Source of the DNA: an uncultured virus (IMG/VR IMGVR_UViG_3300009419_000009)
Lineage: Duplodnaviria > Heunggongvirae > Uroviricota > Caudoviricetes
Direction: 5' to 3' (one strand)
Length of the DNA stretch: 64,000 nucleotides
IMG/VR virus record: IMGVR_UViG_3300009419_000009
Coordinates: 1 to 64,000 of that record
In this document: positions 17,478 through 24,681 of the stretch, in pieces
How the letters are laid out: each line of letters opens with the position of its first letter
Numbering within the stretch: position 1 is the stretch's first letter
Made by a program: the position numbers and the translations under genes
Notes under the pieces: model-generated
The model's database searches: none
Told to the model about the DNA's origin: nothing
What the model saw: the letters and a program-made list of their open reading frames with translations, nothing else

Positions 17478-17541
17478 GTATCAAAGCACTCTTCATGGAT
17501 GAACCCACTTGTCCCCTCGCGGGTAGAGAATGCTTTGATAC
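17478..17541 (-). ncRNA. Small conserved-stalk-like hairpin, copy 0
   Basis: GTATCAAAGCATTCT...AGAGTGCTTTGATAC. Confidence 0.45.
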
Positions 17542-17663
17542 GTTACCATTTTACCATCTGCGTTTCCACCACAGACTTCTCATCCGGTAAGCCGCCCACA
17601 TTAATAGCCGATGTTTTGAGTGCCAGCAGGGTCGCGTTCCCTATACACACTTTTCATGATCCT

Positions 17664-17698
17664 AAAAACAAAAAACCCCAGGGTTTTAAGCCTAGGGT
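17664..17698 (-). terminator. Intrinsic terminator of the putative attenuator
   Basis: ACCCTAGG-loop-CCTGGGGT followed by TTTTTGTTTTT. Confidence 0.85.
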
Positions 17699-17754
17699 CC
17701 TTGGAGTTTGCTGAGTTAATTTGTGTTAACTGTGCGAGTCTCCTGGACCCTTGG
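17691..17754 (-). promoter_or_regulatory. Antiterminator hairpin overlapping the terminator 5' arm
   Basis: AGGGTCC/GGACCCT, GGAG/CTCC and AGTTAA/TTAACT pairings; mutually exclusive with the terminator. Confidence 0.75.
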
Positions 17755-17866
17755 TGCCTGGTAGTGTGCGATCATTACTAATCTCAGTCGCAGACCACAA
17801 GGCCACTGGCATAAATGAATATGCTTGGCTATGCTGTTTGCAGTTGAGAACGAATGTCGGTTTCAT
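17726..17866 (-). CDS. 46-aa leader peptide containing all 20 amino acids
   Basis: MKPTFVLNCKQHSQAYSFMPVALWSATEISNDRTLPGTKGPGDSHS; A-rich leader with AAGGA; promoter upstream. Confidence 0.72.
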   Translation of the reverse strand: MKPTFVLNCKQHSQAYSFMPVALWSATEISNDRTLPGTKGPGDSHS

Positions 17867-17920
17867 TTTGTTTCTTTTTCCTTTGATACTCAGTACATTA
17901 TTGCACTGTGTAAGTCTTGT

Positions 17921-17949
17921 ATTGTAGAGATATTTAGCAATGCTGTCAA
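17921..17949 (-). promoter_or_regulatory. Sigma70-type promoter with TAAATA late motif in spacer
   Basis: TTGACA-gcattgcTAAATAtctc-TACAAT. Confidence 0.82.
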
Positions 17950-17995
17950 CCTCTTATGGTTTATTTAGTCTTTTGTTGTTTTTTCACAATGTATC

Positions 17996-18085
17996 TGGTC
18001 CCCCGTTGCAGAATCGAACTGCATCCTGGACCTTATCTAGATTAATCGTGTATAAAACGACCTGCTCTCCATGAGCTAACGGGGG
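17996..18085 (-). tRNA. tRNA-Ile(UAU) with long extra region
   Basis: GTCGT-TTTATAC-ACGAT, ~21-nt variable region, CCCCCGT/ACGGGGG acceptor, CCA. Confidence 0.78.
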
Positions 18086-18095
18086 ATTAAAAACT

Positions 18096-18180
18096 TGGTA
18101 CCCCCGACCGGACTCGAACCGGTACGCCTCAACGGCGGCAGATTTTAAGTCTGCTATGTCTACCATTCCATCACAGGGGC
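18096..18180 (-). tRNA. tRNA-Leu(UAA)
   Basis: GCAGA-CTTAAAA-TCTGC, long variable arm, CCA. Confidence 0.95.
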
Positions 18181-18187
18181 ACGATCA

Positions 18188-18235
18188 TCATAAAGATGAT
18201 ATTCGTAATCGGCCTATGTAGAATGGAGTGTTCAT
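18188..18235 (-). CDS. Leaderless minigene MNTPFYIGRLRISSL
   Basis: ATG 6 nt after the -10 box; ATA x2, TTA x2, CGA x2; tandem TGA TGA stop. Confidence 0.55.
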   Translation of the reverse strand: MNTPFYIGRLRISSL

Positions 18236-18241
18236 GTGTGT

Positions 18242-18270
18242 ACTATAACTTGAATATTTATTTATGTCAA
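18242..18270 (-). promoter_or_regulatory. Sigma70-type promoter with TAAATA in spacer
   Basis: TTGACA-17-TATAGT. Confidence 0.75.
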
Positions 18271-18744
18271 CCGCGATTCTTCAATTTCTAACCAGGTGTG
18301 GTCACCCATGTATTTCACTTGCGTTTGGTATTCGTAGTCTTCGGGTGCAGAGCTTGACCAATCGTTAGGCCCATGGTGTGTCAGTAGAACATGTTGTTTG
18401 CGCTTGTCCCAGACCAACCAGTAAGTCTGGCCCATCACAGGACTGAACTGATATACAGCGGCATGCACTGCATCTGTGACATCTAGTCGTCGTTTGATTG
18501 ACTGTGCTTGTTTTTCCAGTACTGAGACCAGTTCCATGATCCTGTCGTACTCTTGCTGGGCATACATCCTAGCATGGTTGATCATGAGATCTTTTTGCTG
18601 TGTAACGGGCACAAGATCAAACTTGGGTCCACCTGCTTCAGTTGGGTAAGGTGTTACATTACGATTAAAAAACGGAATAATCCCGCCTGTGGTGGTAGAG
18701 TCATAACTGTCTCTGCCCTTGGCTAGGTTTGATTTTTTTTCCAT
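18262..18744 (-). CDS. DUF2452-like protein
   Basis: Coiled coil followed by VH.A.YQF.P..GQTYWL and GP.DW, recalled as DUF2452-like. Confidence 0.55.
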   Translation of the reverse strand: MEKKSNLAKGRDSYDSTTTGGIIPFFNRNVTPYPTEAGGPKFDLVPVTQQKDLMINHARMYAQQEYDRIMELVSVLEKQAQSIKRRLDVTDAVHAAVYQFSPVMGQTYWLVWDKRKQHVLLTHHGPNDWSSSAPEDYEYQTQVKYMGDHTWLEIEESRLT

Positions 18745-18760
18745 GTAATTACTTATGTCT

Positions 18761-18835
18761 TGGTCCGGCGTGAAGGAATCGAACCCTCATTCTGGGAGTA
18801 GAAATCCCATGCATTATCCATTATACTAACGCCAG
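18761..18835 (-). tRNA. tRNA-Arg(UCU)
   Basis: TGGGA-TTTCTAC-TCCCA, CCA. Confidence 0.92.
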
Positions 18836-18840
18836 ATGTT

Positions 18841-18915
18841 TGGTGGGCTCACTGTGAATTGAACACAGACTCAATCGATTATGAGTCGACTGCTTTACCA
18901 TTAAGCTATGAGCCC
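18841..18915 (-). tRNA. tRNA(CAU), probably Ile2 (lysidine type)
   Basis: TCGA-CTCATAA-TCGA; GGGCTC acceptor resembles Ile2; CCA. Confidence 0.8.
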
Positions 18916-18923
18916 AAATTGCT

Positions 18924-18952
18924 ATTGTATGATTTATTTAGATTGCTGTCAA
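18924..18952 (-). promoter_or_regulatory. Sigma70-type promoter with TAAATA in spacer
   Basis: TTGACA-17-TACAAT just upstream of the first tRNA. Confidence 0.82.
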
Positions 18953-18955
18953 CCG

Positions 18956-20290
18956 TCATCTAGCACGTGGAAACACGGGTCTCTGTGCAGATGGTGCTGG
19001 TGTTGCCGCTGTTTGCGCTGATGGCGCCATGGTTCGTGCTGGTATTGCAACCGGAGCTGGTGCTGTTGCATCAGGTTCTGATTTTTTGGTTTTAGGAAAC
19101 ATTTTGTAAACCATTTTACCAATTTTGGCTGGATCGGTCCCTTTGGTGTATTCTTGTGCAATCATATTAGTTATGTTGGCAATAGATTGCGGATCCGACA
19201 CACCTCGCTCATAGGCCATTTCTTTGGCTGCTGCCTGAGCAATGGTCATAATTTTTTGTTTAGATAACTTTTGCCCAGTTTGTGGCAAAGATTTGGCCAC
19301 GTCAAAACGTCCAGCACGTATAGACGCACCCGGTGCTAGTTCCACTTGCGGCATCATTTCTGCTTCTGGTGCCAGAATGTAAGCAGTTTTCACGCTGATC
19401 TGGCCTTCCATGTCGTCAAAGTCTTTGAAGTATTGTACTTGTTCTGTGGGCAGGTCCATGATCAACATGCCTTCAAATTGACTGTACTTTTTGTAGTTAT
19501 TATAACCAACCCTGGCAATGGCACGTAGGATGGAGTTTTCATCACCGTCCATGAGTGCTTTTTGATATTCACCATTGGGCACATGATTGAATGTGCCGTC
19601 TGCAATGGCTTTACAAACTGTTTTTAAGTTCTTGGGATTGATTCTTGGACGAATAGTGTTTACCCAGTTGTCCAAACCCACACGATCACCAATTTTTACA
19701 AGGCGGCCTGCTGAGTTTGCAATAGCACTACGAATACCTGTTAGATCTAAGTTGGCTTTGCGGGCATTGATCCAGCGGCCACCTTTGGCTGCACGTGCTT
19801 TGACTTCAACTGGCATCTTGTTAACGATAATATCGCCGCCGCCTTTGATACGGCCACTCCAGGCAATGTTGGGATGTAGTACTGCCAGTGCCACCTCGCA
19901 CGGACCCACACCTTGCGCAGTTAATTCTGTTGATAAATCTTTGAATAACTCTTTACCAAATCCTGTGCCAATTACGTCGTCAAATGAATGCAACGATCCG
20001 TCTAACAGTTTACCTACATCGATTCCGTTGCCGTTTTTTACAAGCTCTAGGAAAGCATCTTTTTCTTCAATTGGAGCATCAATGTCAATGATTGAACGTG
20101 CGATCTTTGATAGAAACACACTGGCGTCAGCATCTTTGCCCAGCACTGATTTGATGCGTTCTTCAATGTTTCCTGCTTTGAGCGTTCGCAAGACTTTTTG
20201 CAGAACAGATGGATCATCGGTGGATTTTACCACTGCGATAATCTCTTTCTTAAGTGCAGGATCTTCTAGTACCAGGTCTGTATAGCGCAT
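18956..20290 (-). CDS. Hypothetical protein with PD-(D/E)XK-like motif
   Basis: 444 aa; E...GGDIIV...VEVKA; Pro/Ala-rich tail; TAAATA at 20311. Confidence 0.5.
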   Translation of the reverse strand: MRYTDLVLEDPALKKEIIAVVKSTDDPSVLQKVLRTLKAGNIEERIKSVLGKDADASVFLSKIARSIIDIDAPIEEKDAFLELVKNGNGIDVGKLLDGSLHSFDDVIGTGFGKELFKDLSTELTAQGVGPCEVALAVLHPNIAWSGRIKGGGDIIVNKMPVEVKARAAKGGRWINARKANLDLTGIRSAIANSAGRLVKIGDRVGLDNWVNTIRPRINPKNLKTVCKAIADGTFNHVPNGEYQKALMDGDENSILRAIARVGYNNYKKYSQFEGMLIMDLPTEQVQYFKDFDDMEGQISVKTAYILAPEAEMMPQVELAPGASIRAGRFDVAKSLPQTGQKLSKQKIMTIAQAAAKEMAYERGVSDPQSIANITNMIAQEYTKGTDPAKIGKMVYKMFPKTKKSEPDATAPAPVAIPARTMAPSAQTAATPAPSAQRPVFPRAR

Positions 20291-20320
20291 TGTTTAACTC
20301 GTAATAAGAGTATTTATGCG

Positions 20321-21070
20321 CTAGTGATCAATACGGTAAAGAGCTTTGTCCAGCCACGGAAACAGCGCATCCTGCTGGCGCACATGCCCGTAAGTGCGAA
20401 CACTGTTGGCAATGCTGTCGTTTACCAAGCCTTTTTCTATTAGCTCAAACCATGTGGTTTTTGCCGGATCCATAGGAGCAACATCTGATTTGAACACAGC
20501 CACATGCAACCAAGGATCATCTATGGCCTTGCGAAAATACGCATCTTTACAATCAAATCCATTCACAGCCAGCATGTACAGCATGGTCACAAATGTATGA
20601 TTAAAAAACTGAAAATTTTCGCCACGACTTTGCCAGCGTCCGTATTCATGATAGGTCAGCATGGGCATGCCCAGATACAGCATGCCGTTTACATTCATTT
20701 GTTCGCTGAACAGTCGCATGGTTTTTATTGGATTCACTGCATACTGAAATGCATCGTGACACCAGATTACATCAACAGTCTGTGGTAAACATGCTGTTTC
20801 AAAATCTTTTTGGATGTACAACATGTTGGTTGGTTGCTCAAAGTCAATCAACTTTGGCCTGCGATCCACTGCATAGCATTGCAGATTCAACGGATCTCGT
20901 ACATCATCTCTGGTGGATGCTTGTGCCCACCAAAGTGTATCCAGACATGCACCAGCACCCATGTCTGCTACGCTACTGATACTTTCCATGAACGTATCAT
21001 GTTCTCGTAAGAGATTCAACACCATTTGACTATGGTTGTGACTTTGTATTGCATTATCAAACTGAGCCAT
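20321..21070 (-). CDS. Class I SAM-dependent methyltransferase
   Basis: VADMGAG motif I; VDVIWCHDAFQY; M...GMLYL. Confidence 0.8.
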   Translation of the reverse strand: MAQFDNAIQSHNHSQMVLNLLREHDTFMESISSVADMGAGACLDTLWWAQASTRDDVRDPLNLQCYAVDRRPKLIDFEQPTNMLYIQKDFETACLPQTVDVIWCHDAFQYAVNPIKTMRLFSEQMNVNGMLYLGMPMLTYHEYGRWQSRGENFQFFNHTFVTMLYMLAVNGFDCKDAYFRKAIDDPWLHVAVFKSDVAPMDPAKTTWFELIEKGLVNDSIANSVRTYGHVRQQDALFPWLDKALYRIDH

Positions 21071-21314
21071 GTGTCAATATCTCAACTATTATTTTTTCTC
21101 TGTAGCTTTTTAATCTTGACTCAAATTGGTAGATAGACTCTGCGGTGTCCGTGTGCGTTGGATTCCATGAAAGATTCCTGGACATATAATTTGCCCAGTG
21201 TTCAAGTGCATCTCTTTCAATTTGCAAATTGATAGCATCGCTTTTGGGCTTGGCATTTTTGCACAAGGTCCATTCTTCCAACAGTTGTTCGCCACGTTGC
21301 TGTATGGTCATCAA
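21057..21314 (-). CDS. Hypothetical protein
   Basis: 85 aa, overlaps both neighbours in an operon. Confidence 0.6.
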   Translation of the reverse strand: MMTIQQRGEQLLEEWTLCKNAKPKSDAINLQIERDALEHWANYMSRNLSWNPTHTDTAESIYQFESRLKSYREKIIVEILTHGSV

Positions 21315-21763
21315 ACACTCACGTCTTCCATGCCAGCTGTGCGTAATCTAACAATGTGCCCAAGCATGAAGTTTTTACTTTCAATGCCTTTCATGATACC
21401 CAACCAACGGTTACGCAACAAAGCCACTTCATTGATGATTGTTTCAAAATCAATCACTTCGTCTTCACCATCCACATACTTTTCAGCATCACGTGATGTA
21501 AGTGCTCGATTGTAAGATTCAAGATACTTCTGAAAGTGTTTTCTACGTATTTTCCGCAATTGAATATTCAGGTGTTCAAGCACCGCTTCAATCTCTTGTA
21601 GCTGATTAAATCGATGCTCGGTCAGCCCTGGCAAATCGCTTATGCGTTGTTCAACACGGCCAGCAATGGCCACGTCTCGCTTGGCAGCAATCATTTCTGC
21701 TTCATAGAAAGCAATGAAGTCAGGAATATTACCAAGGTCCTGAACTACCTTGTTATACCACAT
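21311..21763 (-). CDS. uvsY: UvsY-like recombination mediator
   Basis: Helical 150 aa, Y..AL...DAEKYVDGEDEV; downstream of uvsX. Confidence 0.75.
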   Translation of the reverse strand: MWYNKVVQDLGNIPDFIAFYEAEMIAAKRDVAIAGRVEQRISDLPGLTEHRFNQLQEIEAVLEHLNIQLRKIRRKHFQKYLESYNRALTSRDAEKYVDGEDEVIDFETIINEVALLRNRWLGIMKGIESKNFMLGHIVRLRTAGMEDVSV

Positions 21764-22006
21764 TTAGTCTTCTTCGCCGTCGTCAAAGTTATCTTCGTCA
21801 ACTTCCTCATCGTCATGGAAGTATTCTTCGCATGAACGTTGAAGATATGAGTCGCATCCAGAAAATGCCTTAAGGTCTTTTTCGGATATACCATCCATAT
21901 CGGTTAGTATACTAAACAAATGGTCTGCCACCGCCTGGCGATCTTTTGAGCTAATGTATTCTTTCATTACTCCATAAGTTTCGCACAAAACTTCTACATC
22001 AATCAT
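21764..22006 (-). CDS. Hypothetical acidic protein
   Basis: 80 aa, coupled to uvsX by ATGA overlap. Confidence 0.65.
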   Translation of the reverse strand: MIDVEVLCETYGVMKEYISSKDRQAVADHLFSILTDMDGISEKDLKAFSGCDSYLQRSCEEYFHDDEEVDEDNFDDGEED

Positions 22007-23070
22007 TCTACTGGTTCCTCTTCTGATAATTGGGCAGTAACCACGTGATGTGGATTCTTTACAAAGTCCTCCATGACCTTGTCTAGTGAACTGTTTTCAT
22101 TGCGTTCCCAAGCCTTGCGAAACTGCTTGATAACTGTGCCATCGCCCAGGGTGTATTTAAGACTGTTGCCTTCTTTGGTCAATAAACCTTTTGCTTCCAA
22201 CATGTCTGTCATGCCCGAGTATGGACTCATGCCTGACTCATATGGAATCTTGACCTGTACTGATTCAAACGGTTTAGCATAACGAGTTTTCATGACCTTG
22301 CAAGCGGCACGAATACCTTTTACTTCTGAAATCTTGTTGCCGTCTTCGTCTTCCTTCAGTTTCAATTTACGCATGGCAACCACAATTGAGCTGGCATAGA
22401 TAAAGCCTTGTCCACCACTGATTTTATCATCTGGATCAAACATGTCCTGACTTGCATAAGTGTGATTTGTACAAACCAAACCTAAATTCAAATCGCCAAA
22501 CATGTTAACACAGTTTCTTACTAGAGCAGTAAGTGCTTTGGGTTTACGACCAAGATCGCCTTTCATTTCACCTGCTTCAAACTGATTCACGTCAGTTGGA
22601 GTAAGCAACATGCCCAAGCTGTCAATAACAAACAGCACCTTAGGACGTTCTGTTTCAGGAATAGTTTTGTATTCCTTTACAAAGTCTGAGATAACTTTGG
22701 CCAGGTCATCGATCATGGCCATGTTCAACTTGAGCAGTTTGTCGTCTGTGGTTTGTACACCAAGAGCATGCAACCACTTTTCATCCAGTGCGTTTTCACT
22801 ATCTACCAAGATAACATAGATACCTTGATCTTGTGCGTTCTTAATCAAATTGCCCGAACAGATAAAAGATTTGCCTGCACCTGATTCGCCAGCAAACACA
22901 GTAACTTTGCCCATTGGAATACCTCGATCAAAGGCTCCAGAGATCAGATAGTTTAGTGTGTAGTTGCCTGTGCTGATCCATGTGTCGGGATCTTTGAAGC
23001 CAACACTGATACCGTCAATGCTTTTTGTAATTGATTTTCTAAATTTACTTACGTCAAAAGGTTTTGCCAT
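22003..23070 (-). CDS. uvsX: UvsX/RecA-like recombinase
   Basis: GESGAGKS Walker A, VDSENAL, IDSLG, NHTY, SGG.G..YASS. Confidence 0.93.
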   Translation of the reverse strand: MAKPFDVSKFRKSITKSIDGISVGFKDPDTWISTGNYTLNYLISGAFDRGIPMGKVTVFAGESGAGKSFICSGNLIKNAQDQGIYVILVDSENALDEKWLHALGVQTTDDKLLKLNMAMIDDLAKVISDFVKEYKTIPETERPKVLFVIDSLGMLLTPTDVNQFEAGEMKGDLGRKPKALTALVRNCVNMFGDLNLGLVCTNHTYASQDMFDPDDKISGGQGFIYASSIVVAMRKLKLKEDEDGNKISEVKGIRAACKVMKTRYAKPFESVQVKIPYESGMSPYSGMTDMLEAKGLLTKEGNSLKYTLGDGTVIKQFRKAWERNENSSLDKVMEDFVKNPHHVVTAQLSEEEPVE

Positions 23071-23138
23071 ATTTTTCTCCGTGTTGATATATTAGCAGAA
23101 AGAGAGCTAGAGGTCAACCCTAGCTCTCTCATGATAGA

Positions 23139-24134
23139 TTACTGCTTTTGACGATTGCGGATCATGGCCAGGATATCTTCTGCGCGAGCATTAGATTTTG
23201 CTGGTTGAACCGGTGCTGTTGCTTCAGGAGCATCCTCGTCGGGTGTTGCTACTGGTGCTGGACGAGCCGCAGTTGTTGCAACTGGTACGTCATCCTCAGC
23301 GTCATCATGAGCCACTCGTGTTGCCGCTGCCGGCTTGTCGCCACCTGCAAAGCCTGCTGGCTTGTAGTACTGGCTCCAACGATCTGGATCATATGCTTGG
23401 CCGTCAACTGAAGCTTCAAACATTTCTTTGATCACTTTGAGTTCAACATCGCTAGGCTTCTTGGGCAAGAAGTCTGACAAATTAAACAAACCGAATTGGT
23501 CAATTGATGCTTGTTCTGCACTTGTGATTGCAGATTCTTTACGTGCCCAGCTAGAAGTGCTGTAGTCAGCGTAACCACCTTTGGATGTTTTCTTGATAGT
23601 AAAATCAAGTCCGCCAGTGTAGTCAGTTGGCAAGTTCTCCATTTCAGGATCCATCAACGCATTTTTAATGATGTTGAAGATCTGTGGACTAATGATGAAA
23701 CGACGGATTGGATTCTCCGGTGTCTTGTCATCGCCCATTGGGTTTTCGTGTACAAAGCCCTGGAACAAATAACTTTTCTTCTTCCAGTACTTGCGACCCA
23801 TTTCTTCCAAACTCTTGTCTTTGAACCATGTGCGCACTTCTGCAAGCACAGGGCATGCTTCACCATACATCTCCACGCATGGAACTTGTACGATAACAGG
23901 CTTTGAGTCTGCTTGACCTTTGATGCCAGCAAATGGCAAACGGATCATTAGACGTTCGACCCAGAAGAAAGAATTTTTGGAATTGCCGTCTGGTAGAAAA
24001 CGGACTTTTGCTGTGGAACCTTCTGCAATGTTCCAGTGAGCGTAGATGGCATTGTCGCCACCTGTTGAGTTACCGCCTGTGCGGCTTTCTTGCGCTTGTA
24101 GTTTTGCGCGGATTTCTGCGAGAGATGTAGCCAT
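23139..24134 (-). CDS. gp32-like single-stranded DNA-binding protein
   Basis: VRFLP, C......CP, G.DF.I....KGGYADYS.S.W; next to uvsX. Confidence 0.88.
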   Translation of the reverse strand: MATSLAEIRAKLQAQESRTGGNSTGGDNAIYAHWNIAEGSTAKVRFLPDGNSKNSFFWVERLMIRLPFAGIKGQADSKPVIVQVPCVEMYGEACPVLAEVRTWFKDKSLEEMGRKYWKKKSYLFQGFVHENPMGDDKTPENPIRRFIISPQIFNIIKNALMDPEMENLPTDYTGGLDFTIKKTSKGGYADYSTSSWARKESAITSAEQASIDQFGLFNLSDFLPKKPSDVELKVIKEMFEASVDGQAYDPDRWSQYYKPAGFAGGDKPAAATRVAHDDAEDDVPVATTAARPAPVATPDEDAPEATAPVQPAKSNARAEDILAMIRNRQKQ

Positions 24135-24228
24135 GATAATTTTCCTTTATAGTTTAAGATGGTCTTTATGTGCCTAGATACACACTAGCACCGTGCTAGT
24201 ATATAACATTAGTATTTAGCAAGTCAAT

Positions 24229-24254
24229 AAAAAAGGCGCAAATTTTGCGCCTTT
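24229..24254 (-). terminator. Intrinsic terminator
   Basis: AAAGGCGCAA/TTGCGCCTTTTTT. Confidence 0.75.
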
Positions 24255-24270
24255 GGTAGAATAGTTCGAA

Positions 24271-24666
24271 TCACATGTTTGGTTGTGTTTGTGTTATGGC
24301 AATAGTAAACTCGCCGCCCACGGGTTGATCGAATCGCCAACCTTTTTGTCTAAACATGTTGTAGTAAGGATCAATCACTTTGCTAACATTCTGAGGACTT
24401 ACTACGCCTTCTTGGTTGGCGTGTTGTGGATCCATGGTGCCTGGGTGACCCTGAATCACAGTTGCTGATCCGTCTTGATTGAATTTATGACTAAATCCAT
24501 ATTGTCCTGGCGTTGTGCCAAAATAACCATTCAATTTGTTAACAATTTCTTCAGCGTATTTGGCTGTGGCCTGTGGATCAATTGGTGCATTTGCCGCAGG
24601 CATTGCTTCTTCAACAGAAGCTTCAGTAATTAGATCTGCGTATTTTCTAAAAAACTTTGGGTCCAT
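24271..24666 (-). CDS. Hypothetical protein
   Basis: 131 aa, GAGGA SD. Confidence 0.7.
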   Translation of the reverse strand: MDPKFFRKYADLITEASVEEAMPAANAPIDPQATAKYAEEIVNKLNGYFGTTPGQYGFSHKFNQDGSATVIQGHPGTMDPQHANQEGVVSPQNVSKVIDPYYNMFRQKGWRFDQPVGGEFTIAITQTQPNM

Positions 24667-24681
24667 GTTATTTCCTCAATT

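Noticed and set aside
12222..17714. ORF-track ORFs overlapping tRNAs and ncRNAs (e.g. 12222..12611, 13389..13577, 17066..17404)
   Set aside because: They are incidental frames across RNA genes and promoters with no recognisable protein features.
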